Positions 49,225-60,029 of a stretch of DNA of 64,000 bases are shown here, in pieces. Position numbers and translations under genes: made by a program. The first letter of the stretch is position 1, and each line of letters begins with the position of its first letter. Source of the DNA: Myxococcales bacterium (GTDB lineage: Bacteria > Myxococcota_A > Polyangia > Polyangiales > DASUME01); contig JASGJH010000001.1 of the NCBI GenBank assembly GCA_047601445.1, forward strand, positions 5,376,001 to 5,440,000, read 5' to 3'. Below the pieces are notes generated by a model. It worked only from the letters and a program-made list of their open reading frames with translations, searched no databases and was not told the origin of the DNA.

Positions 49225-52200
49225 GTGAGCATCGAGGCTGGAGAGGTCCTGGGGGGCCGCTATCGAGTCGAGCGGCTCTTGGGCGAGGGCGGCATGGCCG
49301 CCGTCTACGCGGTGATCGACGCGGCCAACGGCGAGCGCAAGGCGCTGAAGCTGTTGACCGCGCAAGCCAAGCACCAGATGGGCGCGCTCTTCGAGCGCGA
49401 GTACCGCACACTCTCGGGGCTCCGTCATCGCGGCATCGTCGAAGTGTTCGAGTACGGCATCGAAGGCGGGCGCCCGTTCTACACGATGGAGCTGCTCGAG
49501 GGACAGGAGCTGACGAAGCTCGCGCCGCTTCCCTGGCGTGAGGCCTGCACCTGCGTGCGCGACATCGCCGCCATCCTCGGGCTCTTGCACGCTCGGGGAC
49601 TGATCCACCGCGACCTCAGTCCGCGCAACCTGTTCCGCTGCGTGGACGGTCGCGTCAAGCTGCTGGACTTCGGCGCGCTGGCCGCAGTCGGAGAGGTGAC
49701 CGAGATCGTCGGCACAGCGCCCTTCCTGCCGCCCGAGGCGCTCGACAAGCGCGCGCTCGACGGGCGCGCCGATCTGTACTCGCTGGGCGCACTGGCCTAC
49801 TGGCTGCTGACCGGCGTGCACGCCTACCCCGCGAAGAACTTCGCCGAGCTGCCGCGTCTGTGGCAGCACGAGACGCCGCTCGTGAACAGCATGCTCAAGC
49901 TGCTCAAGCAGGAAGGCGCCGAGGTTCCGGCCGAGCTCGAGATCCTGGTCCAATCCATGTTGCGGCTGGATCCCACCGAGCGCCCCGCCGACACCGCCGA
50001 GGTAATCGCGCGTCTGACGGGCGTAGCGGGCCTGGATCCCGAAGGCCGAGACGAGGCGGCGCAGGGCTATCTCGACAGCAAAGTCTTCGTGGGGCGCGAG
50101 CGCGAGCGCGAACGCTTCGCTCAGAAGCTGGCGAGTGCCCAGCAGGGCAACGCCACCACGCTCTTCGTGGAGGGCACGGAAGGCGTGGGCCGCTCACGTT
50201 TGCTCGAAGAGCTCACCGTGATGGCGCGTGTAGCGGGCAGCGTGGTGCTGCGCGCCCAGGGCTCGAGCGAGAGTCATGCCTATGGGCTCGCGAGCAACCT
50301 CGCGTGCGCGCTGCTGCAGGCCTTGCCGGAAGACGCCCTGGAGCTGGCGCAACCCCACGCGGACGCGCTGACGCAGTTATCCCCCGAGCTCAGGCGCGCG
50401 CTCGGACGCGCGACGCCGGCGGCAGGGCTGAGCGACGTACGCGAAGATCGTCTGCGCAAACAGGCGGCGCTGCACGGCTGGTTCGTCGAGGTCAGCCAGC
50501 GCAAGTCGCTGGCTATCATGGTGGACGATCTCCCGCTCGCAGACGAAGAGTCCCAGGCGTTCTTGGCGACGCTCGCCCACGCCGGCAAGGGCCCGCGCTT
50601 GCTGGTGACGGTCACCGCGGCGACCGGGACCTCGCAACGACTGTCGAGCGCGGCGCAGAGCATGCGCGGCGAAGCCACCCGTCTCTGGCTGTTGCCACTG
50701 ACCGCGCCGGAGACGCGCCTCTTGTTGCGCTCGGTGTTCGGGGAGACGCGCTACCTCGATCGCATGGCCGAGCGCCTGCACAAGCTCTCGGAGGGCAACC
50801 CTCGCTATTGCCTCGAGCTGGCCCGCAACCTCGTGCGCTCGGGAACGGTGCGTTACGCGGACGGTATGTGGGCGTTGCCGAGCGACATCAGCGCGGACGA
50901 TCTCCCGAAGAGCCTCGAGGCCAGCGTACTCTCGCGCCTCGATCGGCTGTCCCCCGAAGCCCGCGATCTGGCTCGGCTCGCGAGCGTGCCCGACAACGGC
51001 TTTCTCACGCCGGCCCTGTTCGGAGGCCTCACGCAGGACTCATCGGGCACGCTCGAGGCGGCGCTCTCGGAGCTGGTGGAAACGCAGGTGCTGCGCAACG
51101 CCTCGGGCAAGTACCGCTTCGCGCACCCGCTCCTGCGCGACCACTTGCACGCCGAGCTCCCCGACGCCGAGCGTCGCCGAGTGCACCTGGCCTTGGGCGC
51201 CGCGCTCGCCAGTGGCGCAGCAGGGGACGACGTTCAGCAGCTGCGCGCGAGCCTCCATTTTTTGCGCGCGGGGGATGTGGCGCGTGGCGAGGCGCTGCTG
51301 CTCGAGTGCGGCAACCGCATGCTCGATCGCGGGGTGGAGTCGGTCGGAGAGGCCGCTCCCATGTTCGACGAAGCGGTCACGCTGCTCGACGGGCTCGGGC
51401 GCGACAAATACTCCCTGATTATCCCGCTCTCGATGCTGTCGTTCGCGGGCTACTTCGCCGACCGCCGCTACGGCATGCGGCACGGTGAGCGGGCGCTCTC
51501 GTTGCTCCAGGACGTCTTGCGCATGAACCTGGCGCGCAAGCTGCGCCGCTTCCTCGGCGCACGCATCGCCTTGCTGGTGTCGCTGGTGGTGGCGGGCATC
51601 GGTCTGCGCCGAGCCAAGTTGCGCGCCCCCAACGTCACGATGACGGTGCGCTGCCTGCTGTCGGCGGCCTCGACCCTGGCCGGCATGACGGCCATCGCGA
51701 TCGACCCGCGTAGCACCCATCGCCACGCAGCGGTCATCGAGCCGTTGACCGCGCTGGGTCCACAACACGCCGCCACCTTCTTGCATCGCTTCTGTCTCGC
51801 GCTGGCCATGGGCGTAGAGGACCGCCCCGCCGAGTCGGTGCGCGCGCTGAAGTCGCTGATCGAGTGGCTCGAGAGCGACCAGCCGATCCACAACATGCCT
51901 GCCCCCGCGCGCCGCAACTACCTGGCCGGCTCGCTCTTCACGCTCGGCATCCGTGCTTGCTGGAAGGACGGTAACGAGGGCCTCGCGGCAGCCGAGAAGC
52001 TCGAGCAGTTCGGACCGCTCTACGCCATGTACGCGGACCAGCTGCGGGCCATCTACTACTCCAACGTGGGAGATCTCGAGCGTTCCCAGCACTATCGCAA
52101 GCGCGTCGAAGTGCACGCGATCCAACTGGGCGGCGCCTGGCAGGTGGAGACCTGGGCGCCGGCCGACGCCACCAAGCTGGCGCTCTGGACCAACGACGCC

Positions 52201-53295
52201 GTGTCCATGAAGCGCACCGCGCAGGATCTGGCGCGCTTGGCCGTGGAGTTGCCCTCGTTCCAGAGCCACGAGCGGCGGGCCCGTGCGGCCTACCTGGTGA
52301 TGCGTGGCAAGGGTCAGGAAGCCATCCCGCTGTTGACCGACGACGAAGAGCCCCTGGCGGTGGTCGGCTGGAGCCGCACGCGCTCCCAGCTGGTGCGTGC
52401 CCTGCGCGAGGTCGGCGACCCGGCGCGCTCGCACGCGGTGGGCGCGGACGCGCTTTCGCGCCTCTCGACGGCAGATCTCGAGTACGTGGCCCACACCCTC
52501 ACCTTGCAGGTCGAGTTCGCGCTCACGGAAGCTGCGCTCGGACGCTTCCGTGAGGCCAACGCGCGGCTCGACCAGATGATCGCCCACCACACGCCACTGC
52601 AGGGTCTCCTGGTGTTGAGCGTGCTGCACCAGGCGCGCATGCGCGTGGCCTTGCTGCAGAACGACCTGACGACGGCCCAGGCACAGCTCGCGGAGCTCGA
52701 GCGCTACGCGCGTCCCACCGGCATCCCGAGCCTGCTCGAGTCCGTGAACGCACTCAAGCGCGAGCTCGCGCGCGCGCTCAACCCCGGCCAATCGGACACC
52801 GAGGGGCTCTTGTTGCGTGATCCGGCGCGCCTGGTCACGCACGTGGAGGCGCTGATGACCCGCACCGGGCGTCACATTGGCGAGCGCGCGAGCAGAGCCG
52901 TGCAGATCGCGCTGGAGCTCACGGGCGCGGACGCTGGCTTCTTGGTGGTGGTGCGCGAGGACGCACCGCTCGCCGAGATCGGAGGCCGCACGCCCGACGC
53001 GAGCCTGGTGGCATGGGCCAAGGAACGTCTGCTGGCTGCGCTACGCAACGACGAGACCGCTCAAGTCGAGGACCGCACCGGCATGACCGACCTGAACCTC
53101 AAGTTCGTGGGCGACGTGCGCTATTGCGTGACGCCGCTGTGGGTCTCTCGCAACCGGCGCGACGTCCCCGTGGCGGCCATCGCGCTCGGCTTCAGCCAGG
53201 GCAACCCGCAGCTGCCGAGCCCCGAGGTGCTGCGCGTAATCGGCGGCTACCTCGAAGAAGCCGACGCCACCTCGGACATCCAAACTATTTCTTGA
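49225..53295 (+). CDS. Ser/Thr kinase fused to AAA-like ATPase, helical repeats and C-terminal GAF-like region
   Basis: GEGGMAAV, HRDLSPRN, DFG; FVGRERE, GTEGVGRS, IMVDDL, SEGNP, FAHPLLR; start uncertain. Confidence 0.9.
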   Translation: MSIEAGEVLGGRYRVERLLGEGGMAAVYAVIDAANGERKALKLLTAQAKHQMGALFEREYRTLSGLRHRGIVEVFEYGIEGGRPFYTMELLEGQELTKLAPLPWREACTCVRDIAAILGLLHARGLIHRDLSPRNLFRCVDGRVKLLDFGALAAVGEVTEIVGTAPFLPPEALDKRALDGRADLYSLGALAYWLLTGVHAYPAKNFAELPRLWQHETPLVNSMLKLLKQEGAEVPAELEILVQSMLRLDPTERPADTAEVIARLTGVAGLDPEGRDEAAQGYLDSKVFVGRERERERFAQKLASAQQGNATTLFVEGTEGVGRSRLLEELTVMARVAGSVVLRAQGSSESHAYGLASNLACALLQALPEDALELAQPHADALTQLSPELRRALGRATPAAGLSDVREDRLRKQAALHGWFVEVSQRKSLAIMVDDLPLADEESQAFLATLAHAGKGPRLLVTVTAATGTSQRLSSAAQSMRGEATRLWLLPLTAPETRLLLRSVFGETRYLDRMAERLHKLSEGNPRYCLELARNLVRSGTVRYADGMWALPSDISADDLPKSLEASVLSRLDRLSPEARDLARLASVPDNGFLTPALFGGLTQDSSGTLEAALSELVETQVLRNASGKYRFAHPLLRDHLHAELPDAERRRVHLALGAALASGAAGDDVQQLRASLHFLRAGDVARGEALLLECGNRMLDRGVESVGEAAPMFDEAVTLLDGLGRDKYSLIIPLSMLSFAGYFADRRYGMRHGERALSLLQDVLRMNLARKLRRFLGARIALLVSLVVAGIGLRRAKLRAPNVTMTVRCLLSAASTLAGMTAIAIDPRSTHRHAAVIEPLTALGPQHAATFLHRFCLALAMGVEDRPAESVRALKSLIEWLESDQPIHNMPAPARRNYLAGSLFTLGIRACWKDGNEGLAAAEKLEQFGPLYAMYADQLRAIYYSNVGDLERSQHYRKRVEVHAIQLGGAWQVETWAPADATKLALWTNDAVSMKRTAQDLARLAVELPSFQSHERRARAAYLVMRGKGQEAIPLLTDDEEPLAVVGWSRTRSQLVRALREVGDPARSHAVGADALSRLSTADLEYVAHTLTLQVEFALTEAALGRFREANARLDQMIAHHTPLQGLLVLSVLHQARMRVALLQNDLTTAQAQLAELERYARPTGIPSLLESVNALKRELARALNPGQSDTEGLLLRDPARLVTHVEALMTRTGRHIGERASRAVQIALELTGADAGFLVVVREDAPLAEIGGRTPDASLVAWAKERLLAALRNDETAQVEDRTGMTDLNLKFVGDVRYCVTPLWVSRNRRDVPVAAIALGFSQGNPQLPSPEVLRVIGGYLEEADATSDIQTIS

Positions 53296-53312
53296 ACGGC
53301 AAACCGCGTCCG

Positions 53313-53849
53313 TCAGCCGGACACGCTGCGCAGCATCTTGAGGAAGCTACCCGGCAGCATGAACATGAAGCTGTGGGTCGCGAACCGCACTTCGGCCCCG
53401 TCGCGCAGCTTCATGGTGCCGCCAGCGCTCAAGCGCACGCCGTCGACGAAGGTGCCGTTGGTGGAGTCCTTGTCGGTGATCTGATAGCCGCCATCGGCTT
53501 CCAGGATATAGGCGTGGAACTTCGAGACTCCCGTGCGCGCGATGCACAGGTCGAGGTTCGGCGTGCGACCGATGCTGATGTGCCCGGAGAACGCGGCACC
53601 CACGCGCTTCTTGAGCAGCAACACCTCGCGTCGATCGGGAGGCAAGATGCGCGACGAAACGTCACTCTCGTCGAGGTACTCGGTGCGGAAGCTGGACGGT
53701 CCACCCGCGCCGACTTCGACGCGAGCACTCTCGACGAGCACCGGACAGGAGATCTGCGCGAGGAAGGCCGTCTCCGTGAGCTTGGCCATGGTACGCGCGT
53801 AGTGGGCGAGCGAGGTATCGCGGGACTCAGCAATCATTGCCACTCCCAT
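53313..53849 (-). CDS. FHA domain protein
   Basis: IGRTPNLD...VSKFHA...D.DSTNGTFVDG. Confidence 0.92.
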   Translation of the reverse strand: MGVAMIAESRDTSLAHYARTMAKLTETAFLAQISCPVLVESARVEVGAGGPSSFRTEYLDESDVSSRILPPDRREVLLLKKRVGAAFSGHISIGRTPNLDLCIARTGVSKFHAYILEADGGYQITDKDSTNGTFVDGVRLSAGGTMKLRDGAEVRFATHSFMFMLPGSFLKMLRSVSG

Positions 53850-53966
53850 AGCTTACCATTCGCGGTTCGGATCTGACGACGTGAGCTGCGAACGACAGCA
53901 TCTCCCGCGCTCCCACACGCCTTTCGGCTAGTCCGCGGACAGCGCGCGGAAGCCGCGCTCGCGCCC

Positions 53967-55692
53967 CTAGTAGGCCGGTCGAGTCAGTGTGATGTCGGCA
54001 TCCTTGAATGCCACCTTGTAGGCCTTTTCGGCTTCCTTGGCGGGCTGCTTCTTTTTCTGTCCCGTGAGCGCCTGGGCCAGTCCGAACAGCGCCCAGCCGT
54101 TGCCAGGATTGTGCTCCAGGTCCTTACGAAACACGACTTCGGCCTCGGCGTGTTGGCCGGCATCCAGCAAGGCCGCCCCCTGGTAATGCCGCACCGGATA
54201 GAACCAGTCAGCAGGCTCGCTGTAGGCCAGCTGGTCCTCGAGGGCCACGGCCTCCTGCCAGAGCACCAGCGCCACCGGGTCCTTGGCGGCCTCGGCGATG
54301 CGCGCCTCGACGACCTTGGCGGCGACCTCGAGCACTGCTTTCGCCAAGTTCAGATTGGCCATCATGTCGGGCGGCAGACCATTCGCGATCTCACGAATGG
54401 CCAAGGCGTGCTGTGCCGCGGCCTCCCGCTCACCCTTGCTCGCGCGGGCCATGCCCTGTGCGTGATGCCACAGCGCGACCAGCGTCCGATACTTGGGATC
54501 GGGCGGGGGCTCCTTGAGGATGTCGTCCCAGCGGCCAAAACGGACCATCACGAGCAGAGGCTCGGAGAGGAAGAAGTCCATGCCGGGCATGCCGCAGACC
54601 ACGTCCTTGGGGATGCTGGTGGCAGACTCGCGCGCCGCCCCGAGCGCCTCGGCGCTGCGCCCCTGCATGGAAGCCGCGAAGGCGAGGAACCCGAAGTTGT
54701 GGCCGAGGTAGAACTTGTAATAGCCGGGCGGCGTGGTGGTCTTGAGGTAGTTGCGGTCGACGTCGATAGCGCGTCGATTGGACTCCGCCGCGTCCGAGTA
54801 GCGACCCACGCGCTGGTAGATGTGCGCGGGCATGTGCACCAAGTGGCCCGCACCCGGCACCAAGTTACCGAGCCTGGTCGCAGACGCGAGGCCACGCTCG
54901 GGTGTCTTGGACGCCTCCACCGCGTGGATGTAGAGGTGGTTCGCGCCCACGTGCTCGGGCGCCTTCGCGAGCACGCGCTCGAGGGTCTTCACAATCTCCT
55001 CGGTGTGTTCGGTGGGCTCGCCGCTCGGAGTCCAGAGCTTCCACGGGTTCAAGTCCATGAGCGACTCGGCGTACAGGGTCTGCACGTCGAGATCGTCCGG
55101 GTAGTGCGCGGCCACGTCGCGCATCGCGAGCGCGTAGGAGTGGCTGTACGAATGCATGGCCACGGGATCGACCCACTCGGGTCCCTTGAAACGCTTGGCG
55201 AGGGCCGTGATGAGCGCCTGCTCCACCGGAGAGCCCGAGAATCGGCGCGGCCTGCTGCGCCGCCTGCAGTGCGTCCCAGGCGGCGCGTGCGCGCTCGGGC
55301 AACATCGGCATGTTGTAGTTGGGGCCCAGCGTATAGGCGACGCCCCAGAAGCACAGCGCACACGTGGGATCGATCTCCGCGGCTCGGGCGTAGGAGCGCG
55401 CGGCCTCGTCGTGATTGAAGCCGTAAGTGAGCGCAAGCCCTTGATCGAATAGCGCCTGCGCGTCATCCACGCGATGACTGATTGTGCGGTGGACTTGACC
55501 GAGGTCGCCGAACAGCTTGGCGCCTTCGGTCATGCCCGTGAGCGTCCAGCCCGAGGCCTGCTGGGCCTGGCTCGCGGCAGGGGCCGCTGGCGGTGGGGCC
55601 GAAGCGACCTGCGTGGGAGTCTTGGGAGCCTTGGTTTGAGAACTGCCGCAGCCGCCGGACAGCACGACCACGACGAGTAGCGCGTATCGCAT
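53967..55692 (-). pseudogene. TPR-containing lipoprotein with a +1 frameshift near 55240
   Basis: N-half (LSGG-C, FDQGLALTYGFNHDEA, GPNYN) and C-half (SPVEQALI, HLYIHAVE, HLVHMPAHIY, YSEPADW, NGWALFGL) are in adjacent frames of one conserved protein type. Confidence 0.85.
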
Positions 55693-55752
55693 GACACCTC
55701 CTCGTGAGACGCCATGCTTATACGCCCGCCGCGCGCCTGAATCACGACACTT

Positions 55753-55801
55753 CGTGAGCGCAGCGAAACCTCGCAGTGGGGAGGGCGCGCGCCCTCCCCA
55801 C
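55753..55801 (-). repeat. dispersed structured repeat, copy B (short)
   Basis: Minus strand reads GGGGAGGGCGCGCGCCCTCCCCACTGCGAGGTTTCGCTGCGCTCACG. Confidence 0.7.
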
Positions 55802-55814
55802 AAATGGCGGCGAT

Positions 55815-56726
55815 TCAGTAGGAGTAGCTGCTGCCGTCGGTGACGCGCTCCGCGCCCTTGATGGCGAGGTAGTTGTCGACCTTGCCGCTGCCAGCATAGC
55901 CGCGAGCCAGGCGCTCGACCTGCCAGCGCTCCTTGTCGCTCATCACCAAACCGCGCAGAGAGATGTTGCCATCTTTGGTCGTCACCTGGACGTTCTTGGC
56001 GGTGTACGAGAGAGCATCGTCGTTCCTGATGGCGCGCCGGATACGCTGGGTCGTCAGCCGGTCGCCCTCGCTCTTTCCTTGCTGGAGGTCGTTGTTGCGG
56101 CCAATCGCGGACTCGTCGACCACGGGCTCGCCCCCCATCACCTGGCTGGAAGACGTGCCTTGCGTAGGCGATACGGCCTTCGTGGTGCCGGGCCCCGTGA
56201 GAGCCCCGGGCGGATTGCCGAACGTCACGTCCGCCGTCGTGCTCGTGCCGCGACCGGTGTCGATGATGACGTCGGAGCTGTTCGAGGCCGTGGCGCGCTG
56301 CTCCTGGTGCAGCGGCATGTCCATCTTCTCGTATTCCGCGCTGTCGGCGTCACGCATGCCGTTGGCGCCCACACCCAGCGCTTGGTCGGAACGCGCCTGC
56401 GCCGCGCTCTGGGGCTGTTGGGACGCGCTGGTGCCGCCGGTGCTGTTCGGGGCGGTGGCGCGCTGCCCCTGGTGCAGCGGCATGTCCATCTTCTCGTACT
56501 CCGCGCTGTCGGCGTCACGCATGCCGTCGGCGCCCATGCCGAGCGCTTGGTCGGAGCGAGCCTGCGCGGGAGTCTCGGCCTCCGAATACACGGGGTTGTA
56601 ACGCTCCTGGTACTCCGCCCCGTTCGCTTCGAGCGTCGAGGCGACGTGTTGCGGTTGCGGTTGCTGACGATTGCAGGCGGGCGCCGCCAGGCAAAGCAGC
56701 AGCGCGCCGAAGTAGTAGCGTTTCAT
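55815..56726 (-). CDS. BON domain lipoprotein with internal 39-aa duplication
   Basis: AAPA-C lipobox; C-terminal D..TTQRIRRAI..DDALS..AKNV.V.T.DG.I.LRG.V...VDNYL. Confidence 0.9.
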   Translation of the reverse strand: MKRYYFGALLLCLAAPACNRQQPQPQHVASTLEANGAEYQERYNPVYSEAETPAQARSDQALGMGADGMRDADSAEYEKMDMPLHQGQRATAPNSTGGTSASQQPQSAAQARSDQALGVGANGMRDADSAEYEKMDMPLHQEQRATASNSSDVIIDTGRGTSTTADVTFGNPPGALTGPGTTKAVSPTQGTSSSQVMGGEPVVDESAIGRNNDLQQGKSEGDRLTTQRIRRAIRNDDALSYTAKNVQVTTKDGNISLRGLVMSDKERWQVERLARGYAGSGKVDNYLAIKGAERVTDGSSYSY

Positions 56727-56999
56727 TGTGTTCCTCCCTCCGGATGCGCGCGAGGCGCGCACGACGTGCCAGTTTTCGCGGGCGCTCCACACGAACCGCA
56801 CGCTCGAGAGCCATGAAAAGCGGCGTACGTGCGGCCCATCGAAACAGGAACAACTGCAGGCCGCGTGCCGCGTGTCATTTGACATGCCAGCGCCTTTTCA
56901 CAGCTAAAACTGGGCCCCCGAGGGCGCCGCGCTAACAGGGCGGCGCCAGGTTCGGCAGGCCCGCCACACCACATTCGAGGTGTAGCGAACGCGTGCGCA

Positions 57000-58670
<1,671 letters not shown>

Positions 58671-58752
58671 CGCGTTCCCCGATAGCCCGCCGCAACTGAT
58701 GCGGACCATTGTTGTCTTCGATCCCGGAAACCAAGTCTTGCCCGGTCCAAAC

Positions 58753-58767
58753 GCAAAGCACATGCCA
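58753..58767 (-). promoter_or_regulatory. sigma-54 promoter (-24/-12)
   Basis: TGGCATGTGCTTTGC on the minus strand, about 85 bp upstream of the kinase start. Confidence 0.6.
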
Positions 58768-59056
58768 CGCAAATTGCACGGATTCCGAGCGCTCCTGGCT
58801 TAACTTTTCCGCTCGACATATGTCTCCCATCCTCGGAAACGGGGCCGATTGCGACAAAATGCCTCGCACATGCCGTGGCCCTTCGTGCGCTTGCGCTTTC
58901 CATCGCGTGCCCTCGATCCATAGCGATCGAGCTCGCGCAGTGAGGCCGCGATGTCCTGTGGGCGCCAGCGTCACGACTCGATTCGGCTGTGTTGTCACAG
59001 GGCGACAGTGCGCGTTCGAGCAATGTTGTGAGCGCGAACTTGAGAGTCGTTTGTAA

Positions 59057-59112
59057 CGGGGAGGGCACGCGCCCTCCCCGACCACCGCGGCAAACCCGCG
59101 ATGGGACCCAGC
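59057..59112 (+). repeat. dispersed structured repeat, copy C
   Basis: GGGGAGGGCACGCGCCCTCCCCGACCACCGCGGCAAACCCGCGATGGGACCCAG. Confidence 0.7.
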
Positions 59113-59167
59113 TGGGCTCCCGCGCTCTGCTTGACCACGCGGCGGGGCAGTGCTTCGTGTTGTTTCG

Positions 59168-59701
59168 ATGGGCTCATCGCGCGCCCTCGGCAAAGCACAC
59201 GTGCACTATCGCGCTCCAAAAGCCGCACCACCCGTTGCCGCGCCACCACCGAGGCCCATCCCGGCTTGGCTCGAGCACCTCGTGCGTCTGCTCGAAGACC
59301 GCTTCACGGTTCCTGGCACGGACCTGCGCTTCGGTTTGGACGCCCTGCTCGGGCTCGTGCCAGGCATCGGCGACGCGGCCAGCGCCGCAGGCTCAGCGGG
59401 CGTGTTTTGGCTCGCCCTGCAGCGAGGCGTCCCCCGCGTAGTCATCGCGCGCATGGCCCTGAACGTGGCCATCGATGCCCTGCTCGGCTCAATCCCGCTG
59501 CTAGGCGACGCGTTCGACTTCGTGTGGAAGGCCAACCGCAAGAACCTGCGCCTGGTCGAGCGCTATCAGGACTCACCGGTGCCCAAGCAGGCCCGCGCGA
59601 GCGACTATCTCACCATGGGACTGGTGGGCCTGCTGCTGATCGGTGCGGTAGCTCTCCCGTTTCTGGTCGCTGGCACGCTGATTGGTTATCTCTGGGGGTA
59701 A
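59168..59701 (+). CDS. DUF4112 family membrane protein
   Basis: LLEDRFTVPGT..RFGLDALLGLVPGIGD...RMALN..ID.L.G.IP..GD.FD..WKAN..N; start uncertain. Confidence 0.88.
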   Translation: MGSSRALGKAHVHYRAPKAAPPVAAPPPRPIPAWLEHLVRLLEDRFTVPGTDLRFGLDALLGLVPGIGDAASAAGSAGVFWLALQRGVPRVVIARMALNVAIDALLGSIPLLGDAFDFVWKANRKNLRLVERYQDSPVPKQARASDYLTMGLVGLLLIGAVALPFLVAGTLIGYLWG

Positions 59702-59885
59702 TTGCCGGGGAGGGATGCGCCCTCGCCGCCCGTCGCGGCAAAGCCCGCGCCAGGACCCAGCCCACCGCGAGGTTCGCTGCGCTCACGCGTGCTCGCAACT
59801 TCACGCAAGAGGGCACGCGGCCTCCCCACCCGTCGCAAAGGCGCACTGGGAAAACCCGCCCTGCCGTGAGGTTCCTGCGCTCACG
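59700..59885 (+). repeat. dispersed structured repeat, tandem copies D and E
   Basis: Two successive units (from 59707 and about 59808) resembling copy A. Confidence 0.7.
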
Positions 59886-60029
59886 ACCAGGCGGTCGCCT
59901 CGGACTTCGCCTGGCCCGCTCGAAAAAGCCCGGGCCGCCGCGCAAATGTTCCGTGGATTCTGCTGGCAATTTGGGGGGGTAGGCCTTACATCACGGCGCC
60001 CCCGTTTTTCCCCGGGGCGAGAGGTCGAC

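Noticed and set aside
17008..55244. Programmed ribosomal frameshifting at the three split genes
   Set aside because: No slippery sequence at the junctions, and these families are normally single ORFs.
56757..56771. Sigma-54-like TGGCACGTCGTGCGC upstream of the BON gene
   Set aside because: Spacing is right but it lacks the TT before GC; too weak to call.
59682..60029. N-terminal extension of speA in the ORF track
   Set aside because: It runs through the dispersed repeat; the SpeA-like sequence begins at GTG 60030.
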